From: Candidatus Latescibacterota bacterium
Lineage (GTDB): Bacteria; Latescibacterota; UBA2968; UBA8231
NCBI GenBank assembly: GCA_965261395.1
Contig: OZ253462.1
Coordinates: 608,001-672,000 of the forward strand
Length of the DNA: 64,000 nucleotides
Direction of reading: 5' to 3'
In this document: positions 48,763 through 58,650 of the stretch, piece after piece
How positions within the stretch are numbered: the stretch's first letter is position 1
Layout of the letters: each line of letters opens with the position of its first letter
The notes under the pieces: generated by a model
Databases searched by the model: none
Seen by the model: the letters and a program-made list of their open reading frames with translations, nothing else
What the model was told of the DNA's origin: nothing
Made by a program: the position numbers and the translations under genes

Positions 48763-49899
48763 ATGCTGACCAAAGAAGGATGCCGCACGCGGCAGCAACG
48801 CCTGTGTGCGCGGCTGGCCGAACTCGACATCGATGCGGCCGTGATCAATCACCCAAAGGAAATCTACTACTTCACTGGGATAATCATCCCCGAAGAGTTT
48901 CCTGGCCCGCCGGCGCTCCTCTGGCTGGGGGCTGATGGGCGCTCCTTGCTGATCGCGCATACCGACGAAGGCGAGCCGTGCGCCGACGAGTGTTTCACCT
49001 TTTCCCTCAGCGTCGGCGGCACGGTCACGCCCGACTTGCGCGAGGTGATAAGTGGGCTAATCGTCGATACGCTGCGGGCCAAAAAGCCGGCGGCTGGGCG
49101 CTTGGGCTGGCAGAGCGAGTTTTTGCCGCGTCGCTTGGGACTGGCGGTTGAGGAAGGGCTGGGCAAAACGCCCGCATGGGTCGCGGTTGATGATCTGCTC
49201 GCCGACATGCAGGAGGTCAAGGATCCCGACGAAATCGAGCTGCTGCGCAAGGTCGTGCAGGTCGATTTGGCGGCCTACGCCGCGGCGGAAGCGGCGATCG
49301 CTCCGGGCGTCAACGAGCTGGAGGTGCTAGCAGCGGCGCAGCGAGCAGCGCATCTGGCGGCCGGTGAGAAGGTTTTCCACGACGGCGACTACCAGTGCGG
49401 CGAACTGGGCGGTTTTGCGCGCAATCGCCCGATTGAGGCCGGAGAAATCTACGTCATCGACGCTTGGTCGGTGTACCGCGGCTATTGGGCCGACTTGTGC
49501 CGCAGCTTTGCGGTGGGCGAGCCGACCGAGGTGCAGCATTCCGTCTTCGAGCACGTCAAGGGCTTTCACGACCGCGTCGGCGAGTATTTGCGACCGGGCA
49601 AGGACGGCCGCGAATGCGCGGTGGCCATGGACGCCTATATCCGCGAGCATCCCAAGCTGGCCGACGTCGGCTTGATCCACCACGCCGGGCACAACATCGG
49701 CCTGCGGGCGCACCAGATGCCCGATCTCAACAAGGAGCGCGGCGGCACCCTGCGCGTGGGCAATGTGGTCTCGGTCGAGCCGGGGGCCTATATCCCCGAG
49801 GCGCGGGCAGGGGTGCGATTGGAAAACATGTACCTGATTACCGAGGACGGCTTGGAGAACTTGTCGCCGTATCCAATGGAATTGGGGGCGCACTGTTGA
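48763..49899 (+). CDS. M24 (Xaa-Pro peptidase/creatinase-like) protein
   Basis: VKDPDEI, ID...GYWADLCR, GHNIGL..H, VEPG, RLEN. Confidence 0.88.
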   Translation: MLTKEGCRTRQQRLCARLAELDIDAAVINHPKEIYYFTGIIIPEEFPGPPALLWLGADGRSLLIAHTDEGEPCADECFTFSLSVGGTVTPDLREVISGLIVDTLRAKKPAAGRLGWQSEFLPRRLGLAVEEGLGKTPAWVAVDDLLADMQEVKDPDEIELLRKVVQVDLAAYAAAEAAIAPGVNELEVLAAAQRAAHLAAGEKVFHDGDYQCGELGGFARNRPIEAGEIYVIDAWSVYRGYWADLCRSFAVGEPTEVQHSVFEHVKGFHDRVGEYLRPGKDGRECAVAMDAYIREHPKLADVGLIHHAGHNIGLRAHQMPDLNKERGGTLRVGNVVSVEPGAYIPEARAGVRLENMYLITEDGLENLSPYPMELGAHC

Positions 49900-50696
49900 G
49901 CGAGGTGCTCGAATTTGCCGAAGACCTCGCCCGGCGCGCTGGTGTGCTAATCGCCAAAGCACGGGCGGACCGGGCGCTGGATCTGAGCTACAAGGAAGGG
50001 ATCGAGCTGTTGACGTCGGCTGATCTGCAGTCCGACCAGCTCATCCGCAGCGAGATCGAAAAGACCTTCCCCGAACACTACATCCTCTCCGAAGAGTCTT
50101 CGCCCGACATTGCGGATCCCGCACGGCTACGCGGCTCTTTGTGGGTCATCGACCCGATTGACGGCACCGTCAACTACGCCTATAACCAGCACCAAGTAGC
50201 CGTGTCCATTGCCTTTGCTAAAGGCGGCCAAGTGCAGGTCGGAGTGGTGCACTGCCCGTTTGTGGACGAGACCTTTACCGCTCGGCGCGGTGCAGGTGCT
50301 TGGCTCAACGGCCAAGCCATCCGGGCCAGCGAGTGCAATCAGCTATCCCGCGCCCTGATTGGCACGGGCTTCCCCTACGCAGCCGAGGAAAGAGTGGCAC
50401 TGGTGGAGCGCTTGCGCCGCGTCCTCGGACACTGCCGCGACATCCGCCGCGTAGGCTCGGCTGCAATTGATCTCTGCTGGGTGGCGATGGGCCGACTCGA
50501 CGGCTTTTACGAGGCGCTCAAGCCCTGGGACTTGGCGGCAGCGGCCCTGATTGCGCGGGAAGCGGGCGCTCACGTCGGGCACTTACAACCTGTGGAGGGC
50601 GAGCTGCCAGAAGAATTGGACGGCCGCGACTTGGTCGCAGCCGCGCCGGGAATCTACCAACAACTGGTCGCGCTTTTGCGCGGCACCCCGTCGTAG
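49896..50696 (+). CDS. suhB: Inositol monophosphatase family
   Basis: SEE, WVIDPIDGTVNY, RRVGSAAIDL, KPWDLAAA; TTG start overlaps the upstream stop. Confidence 0.88.
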   Translation: MSEVLEFAEDLARRAGVLIAKARADRALDLSYKEGIELLTSADLQSDQLIRSEIEKTFPEHYILSEESSPDIADPARLRGSLWVIDPIDGTVNYAYNQHQVAVSIAFAKGGQVQVGVVHCPFVDETFTARRGAGAWLNGQAIRASECNQLSRALIGTGFPYAAEERVALVERLRRVLGHCRDIRRVGSAAIDLCWVAMGRLDGFYEALKPWDLAAAALIAREAGAHVGHLQPVEGELPEELDGRDLVAAAPGIYQQLVALLRGTPS

Positions 50697-50709
50697 AGGC
50701 GACCCTTGT
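50693..50709 (+). repeat. Truncated GTAG-type REP-like element, copy 2
   Basis: GTAGAGGCGACCCTTGT overlapping the TAG stop. Confidence 0.4.
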
Positions 50710-51818
50710 ACGCTGAATATCTAGCTTTCCAATCATATGCTTTTTTATTCGACGATCCCAGTATCGGCTAAGTCCCAAAGGAGACGCTCACATGAAAACG
50801 CTGAGAATCTTAACTCTCATCCTGCTTGGACTTGCTTTTGCTAGACCTATCGAAGCGACTAGCATCGATCGGGCCAACATGTTGAAAAAGCATGGATTGC
50901 TTGAAGATGCTAAACGGCAGTTTATCGACATCCTGTATGGTGACTCTAACGAAGAGGACAAGGCCACCGCATTGTACAATCTCGGGGTTATGGCTTTCAA
51001 CGAGAAGGATATGGCCTTAGCTACCGACATGTGGAAACTGCTTGTTGACCAGTTTCCTAATTCAGAGGAGGCCAGACGAGTTGCCGCAGGGATGGATTAC
51101 TTGGTAGCTGATGCCGTAGCACTGACCAATGAAATCGTCGAAAACGAAATCGCTAGATCGTACCTCCTTAACGGGGATTTCTGGTCAAACGACATCAAGA
51201 ATCACCGCTGGGTCATCGACAGTAGCTGGTTGGATGAAGCGGGATTGGCTGTTGAGTGGTACGACAAGGTGATAAAAGAATTCTCTAGGACTCCTGCGGC
51301 TAAGTTGGCATACTTGGAGAAGTTCAAGACTGTAATGGCTTCAGAGGACCAGATCGCAAAGTTGGTCTCAATCTACAAAAATTTCTCGAAGGATTTTCCC
51401 GATGATATACACATCCCAGTCTTGGAATTTCAGATTGCCCAAAAGTATTGGGCGTTGGATATAGACTACTACAATCAACTAAAAAATGCTGTTTCAGACG
51501 GCGACACCACATGGATCGAGTTTGACCATCTCTTCGTGAGCACTAGGAAGTGGTTGGAGACTGTTGTCCACAACAGTAAAGGGGTTTATAAACAAACTGC
51601 TCAAGAACGACTCAAAGAAATCGATCTCAAAAAATCGCAGTTGCAGAAAGAGCGACTCGAAGAAATCGAATTGCAGCAGTTAGCAGTTCGGACACAGTCT
51701 AGGCTAGATAAATTTAGGAAGGATGGGTATAGGTTCCCCACAGATGCAAAAGATATTCCCCACTTTGCTGTAGAATGGCAGCAAGACGGTTTAGTCCGGA
51801 GTACTTCATATTACTTTA

Positions 51819-52750
51819 GAAGCCGTCTGAAAACCCTTGCTGTAGCCGGTATTTGAATCGGCGTACTCATCGAGCCATATTCAGGTTTCGCGACAAAATC
51901 TGAACAGAAAGGCTCGTATGATGAGTACGCCTAGTAGGCAATATGCCACCGATGTAACCGATGTGCAATGGCGTCGGATCGAACCGTTGCTGCCGGCTTC
52001 GACATGGCAGCCGAACGGTCCGGGTCGGCCACCGCGGGATCGACGCCAGATCGTCAACGGCCTTTTGTATCTGACCAAGACCGGTTGTCCTTGGGCTTTG
52101 TTGCCTTCTTGTTTTGGACCGTGGAAAACGGTGTATGATTACTTTCGTCGCTGGAGTCTACAAGGGGTCTGGCCGCAGGTATTGGATCGACTCACCCAGC
52201 GGGAACGCCGCCTCAACGGACGGGCTCCAACGCCGTCGGCTGGCGTAGTCGATAGTCAGACGATCAAGACGGCAACCCATGGTAAAACAACCGGTTATGA
52301 CGCCGGAAAAAAGGTCAAGGGGCGCAAGCGTCATCTGTTGGTCGACACCTCGGGCTTGCTTAGACAGGTGGTGGTCACCGCCGCCGATGTAGAGGATCGG
52401 GACGGCCTCAAGCAGGTGTTGACCCGCTTGGGGGCCTCCGGCGTAGCCCGGTTACGCAAACTGTGGGGCGATGGCGGCTATCGAGGCGATCCGATCCGAA
52501 CGTGGGTGGCTAACGTAAAAAAGACGCACAAAATAGACTTGGAAGTCGTCGCCAAACAAGGCCCCGGCTTTGAGGTGTTACCACGCCGTTGGGTCGTCGA
52601 GCGCACGTTTGCGTGGTTGATGAATTTTCGCCGACATGCCCGAGATTATGAGGTGTTGACCCACCATAGCGAAGCCTTGATCCAGATTGCTATGATCCAC
52701 TTGCTGCTCAAACGGATCAAATAGAAAAAATATAGTTTTCAGACGGCTTC
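51819..52750 (+). mobile_element. IS5-family insertion sequence
   Basis: Perfect 16-bp IRs GAAGCCGTCTGAAAAC (51819-51834 / 52735-52750); TTA target duplication (51816-51818 / 52751-52753). Confidence 0.93.
51918..52724 (+). CDS. IS5-family DDE transposase
   Basis: YATDVTDVQW, GCPW..LP, VDSQ, GRKRHLLVD, GDGGY, RWVVERTFAW; uninterrupted frame. Confidence 0.95.
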   Translation: MMSTPSRQYATDVTDVQWRRIEPLLPASTWQPNGPGRPPRDRRQIVNGLLYLTKTGCPWALLPSCFGPWKTVYDYFRRWSLQGVWPQVLDRLTQRERRLNGRAPTPSAGVVDSQTIKTATHGKTTGYDAGKKVKGRKRHLLVDTSGLLRQVVVTAADVEDRDGLKQVLTRLGASGVARLRKLWGDGGYRGDPIRTWVANVKKTHKIDLEVVAKQGPGFEVLPRRWVVERTFAWLMNFRRHARDYEVLTHHSEALIQIAMIHLLLKRIK

Positions 52751-52912
52751 TTACCGTCAACGACAGCATCTTTGCTCTCCGTGGCGGGGGTATTGCCATT
52801 AAGCGTCCTATTGAGGAGTTCGACAACTACCAAGGAACGGGAGTGAAATTCATAAAGGAACTGATTAAAAAAGAAAAGTAATATTAATCTTCCTCATACC
52901 CTATTCCCTTTG

Positions 52913-52990
52913 AAATTCGTCAAGGTGAAGACTGGCCAAAACCGACCCGATAGACGCGAGCGTATTAGTCGAATTTGGTCGCGCTGTTGC
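52913..52990 (+). pseudogene. IS110-family transposase remnant
   Basis: RLAKTDPIDASVLVEFGRAV matches the IS110 AKTDxxDA motif; upstream KFVKV is in a shifted frame. Confidence 0.55.
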
Positions 52991-53011
52991 GCTAAATAAC
53001 GAGGAGATCCC

Positions 53012-54172
53012 ATGAAAATCAGCGACATCAAAGCCTATCCAACTTGGGTCGGTCACCGCAATCAGCTCATCGTCAAGGTCGAGACCGACGAAGGCATCCA
53101 CGGCTGGGGTGAGTCGGGGCTATCGGGGCGCGAGCTGGCCGTCGTGGGCGCGGTGCGGCACTACCGGGAGTTTTTGCTCGGTCGCGACCCGCGCGAAATC
53201 GGGCGGCTCTGGCAGGAGATGTACCGCGGCCAGTACTTTGAAGGCGGGCGAGTGTTGACCGCGGCGATTTCGGCGATCGACATCGCCTTGCACGACGTGG
53301 TAGGCAAGGCTCTCGGTGTGCCGGTCTATCAGCTTTTGGGCGGCAAGCAGCGCGAGTGGGTGCCCTGCTTTGCGACGACCGGGGCACCGGATCTAGAGAC
53401 CTTGGTCAAAAACTGCAAACTGCTATTGGACAAAGGCTGGGACGTGATTCGCACGGGAATGGCCCAGCGCAAACAGTACGACGACGAGCGGCTGTTCGAG
53501 CCGCGCGATACCATCGGCCTCACCGCGGCTTGGCTGACTGAAGTGCGTCAAGAAATTGGTCCCGACCCGACTTTGGGCATCGACTACCACCATCGGCTGA
53601 CGGTCGCCGAGAGCGCGTCGTTTTGCCAGAAGATGCCGCCGGGGACGCTCGACTTCCTCGAAGAACCCATCCGCGACGAGTGCCCAGAAGCCTACGAGTC
53701 GCTTCGCACCATGACAGACGTGCCCTTTGCCATCGGCGAGGAATTTGCCAGCAAGTGGCAGTTTTTGCCCTATCTCGAACGGGGCCTCACGCAATTTGCG
53801 CGGATCGACGTGTGCAATGTCGGCGGGCTGACCGAATCGATGAAGGTGGCGAGCTTGGCGGAGTCGCACTACATCGACCTGATGCCACACAATCCGCTGG
53901 GGCCGATCTGCACCGCCGCGACGGTGCATCTAGCGGCGGCAGTGCCCAACTTCTCGTGGCTTGAGCACCGCGTGACGCCGACGGAAGCAGGGAAGTTCAT
54001 GGACGAGGAATTGTTTCCGATGCAGTGCGAATTGGTGGGGTCGATGTTGAAGGTGCCCGAGGGGCCGGGGCTGGGCGTGGAGTTCAACGAAGAGCTAGCT
54101 AAGGAGCAGGAGTTCAAATTTTGGGAAGCACCGCACTTGCGGCGGCGGGATGGGTCCCATACGAACTGGTAG
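53012..54172 (+). CDS. Enolase-superfamily acid-sugar dehydratase (DgoD-like)
   Basis: SAIDIALHD, IDYHHR, LEEP, IGEE, MPHNPLGP. Confidence 0.9.
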   Translation: MKISDIKAYPTWVGHRNQLIVKVETDEGIHGWGESGLSGRELAVVGAVRHYREFLLGRDPREIGRLWQEMYRGQYFEGGRVLTAAISAIDIALHDVVGKALGVPVYQLLGGKQREWVPCFATTGAPDLETLVKNCKLLLDKGWDVIRTGMAQRKQYDDERLFEPRDTIGLTAAWLTEVRQEIGPDPTLGIDYHHRLTVAESASFCQKMPPGTLDFLEEPIRDECPEAYESLRTMTDVPFAIGEEFASKWQFLPYLERGLTQFARIDVCNVGGLTESMKVASLAESHYIDLMPHNPLGPICTAATVHLAAAVPNFSWLEHRVTPTEAGKFMDEELFPMQCELVGSMLKVPEGPGLGVEFNEELAKEQEFKFWEAPHLRRRDGSHTNW

Positions 54173-54207
54173 TGGCTGCTATTCCGTGCCTTGATACGAT
54201 TTCCCGA

Positions 54208-54855
54208 TTAAGCACTAAGCAGTCGAGGCAACGCTGAAATGTCATCGATAACCGCAATTTTGGCGACTTCATTGAATTCACGTTTGCTTGTAGTGCCTGA
54301 TAGTACCGCAATAAAGGGCACCTTAGCCCGCTCGGCCGTTAACGCGTCAATCGTACTGTCGCCAACGTAAAGTGTTTCATTAGCATCCATTTGCATTCTA
54401 GAGATAGTGGTTGTTAACGCGCTGGGATGTGGTTTGTGTTCGGCAACATCTTCTCCGCCGATGATGACGCGAAAGCGATTGGATAGCCCTTCTCTTGCTA
54501 GGATCTCCTCAATTCTATAGCGAAATTTCGTTGACGCGATTCCCAATGCAAAACCCATTTCGATCAACTGCTCAGTTGTCGCGGAGACGCTATCAAACAT
54601 GGACGTTAAGTCCGCCATAACCTGATCAGCTCGTTTAACAAAGTTGCTTACGAACAAACTGACGTTCTGATTGTTTGTTTGCCCAGTCAGACTTAGAAAG
54701 GTGTCCTCTAGGGACATACCGATAGTTCGCTTGATTCGCTCGTCATCGGCTTGGGGCAGATTCAGCTTCTCCAGCGCAAAATTAACACATTCAATGGTGC
54801 CTTTTGTCGAGTCCGCTAGTGTAAGGTCAAAGTCAAAAATGATCGCCTGAGCCAT
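54208..54855 (-). CDS. HAD-family phosphatase (phosphoglycolate phosphatase-like)
   Basis: FDFDLTLADS, STK, KPHP, YVGDS..D; more A/T-rich than its neighbours. Confidence 0.9.
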   Translation of the reverse strand: MAQAIIFDFDLTLADSTKGTIECVNFALEKLNLPQADDERIKRTIGMSLEDTFLSLTGQTNNQNVSLFVSNFVKRADQVMADLTSMFDSVSATTEQLIEMGFALGIASTKFRYRIEEILAREGLSNRFRVIIGGEDVAEHKPHPSALTTTISRMQMDANETLYVGDSTIDALTAERAKVPFIAVLSGTTSKREFNEVAKIAVIDDISALPRLLSA

Positions 54856-54929
54856 AGCTTTTAGTGCGAACCCTTCCCTCAATATGGTGCGATGAGCCTG
54901 ACACTTCTTGACCGGCGCTAGACATCAAT

Positions 54930-54977
54930 CGGCAGGGCGTACAACGCGGCCCAACAGCAGCGTTGCACGCCCTGCCG
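54930..54977. terminator. Long stem-loop downstream of the lactonase gene (terminator or REP-like)
   Basis: CGGCAGGGCGTACAACGC-12 nt-GCGTTGCACGCCCTGCCG, 18-bp stem with one mismatch. Confidence 0.55.
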
Positions 54978-54985
54978 TCTATTCC

Positions 54986-56143
54986 TTAAAAAACCGGAAT
55001 GAATTTGTGACACACGGGAGAGGCGACTTCGGCCTTGTGGCCGGTAGGCGTGAGTTTGCCGGTGTCTGGATCGACGCGGAAGGTGAAGATGTCGTTGGTA
55101 CTGTGGTTGCCAGCGATTAGGTAGGTACCCGTGGGGTCGAGGCCGAAGTTGCGCGGGTTGGAGCCGCCGGTCAGCGCGATCTCGACGAGCGCAAGCTGGC
55201 CGTTGTCTTGGTCAATCGCATAGACGGCAATGGAATCATGGCCTCGGTTGGAGCCGTAGAGGAAGCGGCCGTTGGGATGAACGTGGATGTCGGCGGTGTG
55301 GCTGACCCCGGCATATCCATCGGGCAGCGTCGAAATAGTCTGGATGGTGGTGAGCGTGCCAGCGTCGGCGTCGTAGTCGAAAGCCGTGATGGTGTTGCTT
55401 AGTTCGTTGATGACGTAAGCGCGTTGGCCGTCGGGGTGGAAGGCGAGGTGGCGCGGGCCGCTGCCGGGAGCGATTTCCGCGGGCGTCTGCGCGCTGAGCG
55501 TCCCCTGGTCGTGGTCAATGGCGTAGATGAGCACCTTGTCGATGCCCAAGTCTGGGGCAAAGGCGTGTTTGTTGTTGGGGGCGACCATAATCGAGTGGGC
55601 GTGTGGCCCCTCCTGGCGTCTTGGGTTAACCGAAGAACCCTCGTGTTGGACGAAATCCGTGGCCGCACCGAGCGAGCCATCTTCCCGAATCGGCAGGATT
55701 GCGACACTGCCGCCGCCGTAGTTGGCGGCCAGCGCGTACTGGCCGGCGCGGTCAACGCTGATGTGGCAAGGACCAGTACCAACGGTCGATTCGGTGTTGA
55801 TATGGGTGAGGGCTCCGCTCTGCTGGTCAATGGCAAAGGCCGCGACCGCGCCGCCGGGCCGATCGCCGACCGCGCTAACCTCGCCGATGGCGTAGAGAAA
55901 GCGGCGGTTGGGAGCAATGTCGAGGAAGGAAGGGTTGTCAATGCCCCCAATGCTGCTTTGATGCGCGAGCGCACCGGTGGCCATGTCGAGGCGATAGACG
56001 TGAATGCCGTCCTCGTCGCCGCTGGAATAGGTGCCGACATAGACGAGATAGTCACTCATAGTGGAACTCCTTTGGGTTGTTGGGTTGTGATTGGCGCAAG
56101 AGAGAAGAAGAAGAGAGATAAAACCGCATAAAAGAGCATTCAT
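54986..56143 (-). CDS. pgl: 6-phosphogluconolactonase (YbhE/Pgl beta-propeller)
   Basis: YVGTY, NPSFL, ANYGGG, RQEGPHAH, GSGPRH, YGSNRGHDSI; upstream lipobox extension. Confidence 0.9.
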   Translation of the reverse strand: MNALLCGFISLLLLSCANHNPTTQRSSTMSDYLVYVGTYSSGDEDGIHVYRLDMATGALAHQSSIGGIDNPSFLDIAPNRRFLYAIGEVSAVGDRPGGAVAAFAIDQQSGALTHINTESTVGTGPCHISVDRAGQYALAANYGGGSVAILPIREDGSLGAATDFVQHEGSSVNPRRQEGPHAHSIMVAPNNKHAFAPDLGIDKVLIYAIDHDQGTLSAQTPAEIAPGSGPRHLAFHPDGQRAYVINELSNTITAFDYDADAGTLTTIQTISTLPDGYAGVSHTADIHVHPNGRFLYGSNRGHDSIAVYAIDQDNGQLALVEIALTGGSNPRNFGLDPTGTYLIAGNHSTNDIFTFRVDPDTGKLTPTGHKAEVASPVCHKFIPVF

Positions 56144-56194
56144 AATTTATATCCCCAAGGGTGTAATAGGTACCCATCCGCCGGACCGAAACAA

Positions 56195-56220
56195 GTAGGG
56201 GCGTCCCTTGTGGACTCCCT
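56195..56220 (+). repeat. GTAG-type REP-like element, copy 3
   Basis: GTAGGGGCGTCCCTTGTGGACTCCCT imperfect palindrome preceded by GTAG. Confidence 0.6.
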
Positions 56221-56291
56221 ATCCTAGATAGACGCTATCTCCTAAGCCCTGAATACGTCGCTAATACTTAGGTGTAGGGGGAGATCGCTAT

Positions 56292-58637
56292 CTAATAGAC
56301 AACCGAGATCGCACCCGCGTGCGTCCCCGGCCCCGACTCGGCTCCCAGATCGAGGCGATAGAGATAAATGCCCGGCGCGACCAAGGCCCCCGCCTCGTCG
56401 CGAGCCGTCCAAGTGAAGTGGTGCCCCGTTGCGGTCGGCGTAGCCCCGACCTCGGCGACTTGGCGGCCCGCTAGGTCGTAGAGCGCGAGCATGGGAGTCG
56501 CCGCGTCTAGCTTGAAGACCACAAAGCGCATGTCGAGCGCGTCGTTGATCCCGTCGCCGTTGGGCGTGATCACGGGCGAGGCGAGTTCTAACGCATCGAT
56601 GAGTTGGCCATGCTCGGCTAGTTCGGGGAGCATGACGACCTGAGAGCGGCGCTCGGCTGGCTCGACCGACTGCCAGAGGCCGGGCCGCTCGCTCAGCCCG
56701 AGATCGAGGGGGAAAACCGTGGCGTTGTGCAAAACCCGCGTCGTGAAGCCCACCCGAATCGAATCCTCGGTCACAATGCGCGGCAGGGCGACCAACAGCG
56801 AGTCGCCCCGCTGCTCGACGCGGGCGGGCGCGACCGGCGCGGAGCCGATGTGCAGTTCGAGATCCTCGGCGTCAACCCGACCCGGCACAATAAAGCGCAA
56901 CAGGTCAAAACCCGAGTCCTCAGCCTCCATCTGCGGCCAAAGCGTATAGGTGAAACGGGTGTCCTCGTTGGGGATGGTTTGGCGCGGCTCAATGCGGCCT
57001 ACCGCGCCCTGCAACAGCGCGTCCTCAAACTCGACCGAGAGCGAATGGACTACCGGCGCCACGCTTGGGTCATCGGTGGAGAGGATCATCTCCAGCAGGA
57101 TAAAGCGGCGCGGGCTTTCCGACTGGAATGCCTCGCCCGAGAACTGATAGACGTTGCTCCACTCGCCCCAATCCTCGCCTACCACGAGGGTCGTATCGAC
57201 CGGGCCGCGCAGCACCTTGGGCGAGCTTTTCCACTTCTCCTCGGTGACCTGTTCGCCAATCTTGTTGTAAAACGTATAGACCGGCTCTAGCGAATTGCCC
57301 GAGCGCGAGCGCAGTTGCAAGCGGGTACCCGCGGCCTGTTCGGCGTTCCAAGAGAGGTGTTTGATGACTTTCGGACGGCCATCGCCCGCAATTTGGCCCA
57401 AGTCCACGAAGTCCGACTGCAAGGCGACTTCGGCGGGATAACCTGGAGAGAACAGCATGAACTCGGCCCATTTGACGATGCCCCAACCGGTGTCCCTGAT
57501 GCCGTGCCACAAGAAGTAGCGCATCTTGCGCGGCTTGAACATATAGCGAATGTAGAGCAGGCGGTCGGCGTTGGGGTTGATGTGGGTTAGGAGCTCTGTA
57601 TAGTCAAACGCATCGGGGACGGGCAGGTTGGAACTGAGGCTGCGGGTGCCGTCTGAATAGAGCACTGTATGACCCGGGCCGGTGCCATTGATCGAGAAGC
57701 CCACCAAGCCCTCGTCGGACCTAAAGGAATAGAGAAAGAATTCATCGACGAAGAACACCGCCCCCAAATCCACTCCGAACCACACCCCACCCTCCTTCCA
57801 GCCGAGGCTGCCATACGAAGAGCCGATCAGGTTGTTGGTGTTCATGTCGGCGTCGAAGAGATTTTGCGGATCGACCGAATTGACCCCGTTGACAAAGCGA
57901 CCCCGCTGCATGGTGCCAATGCTGATGTTGTCGCCGATGCCGCGGACCTCGATCTCGGCCAAGGCCGCGCCCGGGATTTTCTCTTCAGCCTCAATGCGGA
58001 TGCGCTGGATCACTCGATAGTTGTTCTTGGCCACCGGGTCAATGTTCAAACCCTCGTCGAGCTGCAACACAGTGTCGCGGGCGGCGAACCCGAGGGGGAT
58101 GACGATTTCGCTGGCCGAGTTGGGCTGGGTTGTGCGGAAGAGCGGATCCAGCAGCACCAAGTCGTCTTGGACTGAGATGCGGGTCCCCGGGCTGCCGTAC
58201 ACGGTAAACTGGCGGAAGGGACGCGCGCCCTCCTCGTCGGCAAAAACGAGGCGTATCTCCCGGGCCAGCACGGCTCGGCCCAAGTCTATTTCAATGGCCC
58301 AGTCCTCGACGGCGTCCGCCGGGTCTGGACGCCAGAAGGTCTGGAGATCCCCATCGATGATGTGGTCTGCATCGGCTGGATTGGAGGTCGCCTCCCAGAT
58401 GCCGCCCGCAACTCGCCCGCGACTCTTGCTCTCGTAGGAGAAGCGATGGGCATTAGCAACCGCGTTGATGTCCTTGCGGAACTTGACGAGCTGTAGCTGG
58501 CCGTTCTCGCCCACTTCGGTCAGGCCGAAGGGCACCTGCCAAGTCGCCCAAGCATCTCGTCCTTGGAAGGTCAGAGTTTCGCTGCCAGCGGCCATGGCGA
58601 CCAACGCGACTAAGACGAGTGGCAAAAGAAATCGCAT
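56292..58637 (-). CDS. Large secreted protein with discoidin-like modules and FlgD/CHU-like C-terminal domain
   Basis: Signal peptide; IDGDLQTFW..IDLGR, VDLG; ITPNGDGIND...YDLAGR...WTARDEAG...PGIYLY. Confidence 0.75.
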   Translation of the reverse strand: MRFLLPLVLVALVAMAAGSETLTFQGRDAWATWQVPFGLTEVGENGQLQLVKFRKDINAVANAHRFSYESKSRGRVAGGIWEATSNPADADHIIDGDLQTFWRPDPADAVEDWAIEIDLGRAVLAREIRLVFADEEGARPFRQFTVYGSPGTRISVQDDLVLLDPLFRTTQPNSASEIVIPLGFAARDTVLQLDEGLNIDPVAKNNYRVIQRIRIEAEEKIPGAALAEIEVRGIGDNISIGTMQRGRFVNGVNSVDPQNLFDADMNTNNLIGSSYGSLGWKEGGVWFGVDLGAVFFVDEFFLYSFRSDEGLVGFSINGTGPGHTVLYSDGTRSLSSNLPVPDAFDYTELLTHINPNADRLLYIRYMFKPRKMRYFLWHGIRDTGWGIVKWAEFMLFSPGYPAEVALQSDFVDLGQIAGDGRPKVIKHLSWNAEQAAGTRLQLRSRSGNSLEPVYTFYNKIGEQVTEEKWKSSPKVLRGPVDTTLVVGEDWGEWSNVYQFSGEAFQSESPRRFILLEMILSTDDPSVAPVVHSLSVEFEDALLQGAVGRIEPRQTIPNEDTRFTYTLWPQMEAEDSGFDLLRFIVPGRVDAEDLELHIGSAPVAPARVEQRGDSLLVALPRIVTEDSIRVGFTTRVLHNATVFPLDLGLSERPGLWQSVEPAERRSQVVMLPELAEHGQLIDALELASPVITPNGDGINDALDMRFVVFKLDAATPMLALYDLAGRQVAEVGATPTATGHHFTWTARDEAGALVAPGIYLYRLDLGAESGPGTHAGAISVVY

Positions 58638-58650
58638 CGTTCCCACTCCC

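Larger units (their letters stand above)
50792..52881 (+). pseudogene. Secreted TPR/BamD-like protein interrupted near its C-terminus by IS5
   Basis: Signal peptide; ALYNLG, LVDQFPNSEEA; A/T-rich; removing the IS restores the frame ...YYF-TVNDSIFALRGG...IKKEK* (stop ends 52881). Confidence 0.75.

Noticed and set aside
51822-51831. GCCGTCTGAA (Neisseria DNA uptake sequence) here and inverted at about 52738-52747
   Set aside because: Both lie inside the IS5 inverted repeats and I saw no other copies; coincidence
54208-54882. Integron cassette for the A/T-rich HAD gene
   Set aside because: No attC-like RYYYAAC...GTTRRRY structure after the stop and no integrase in the window
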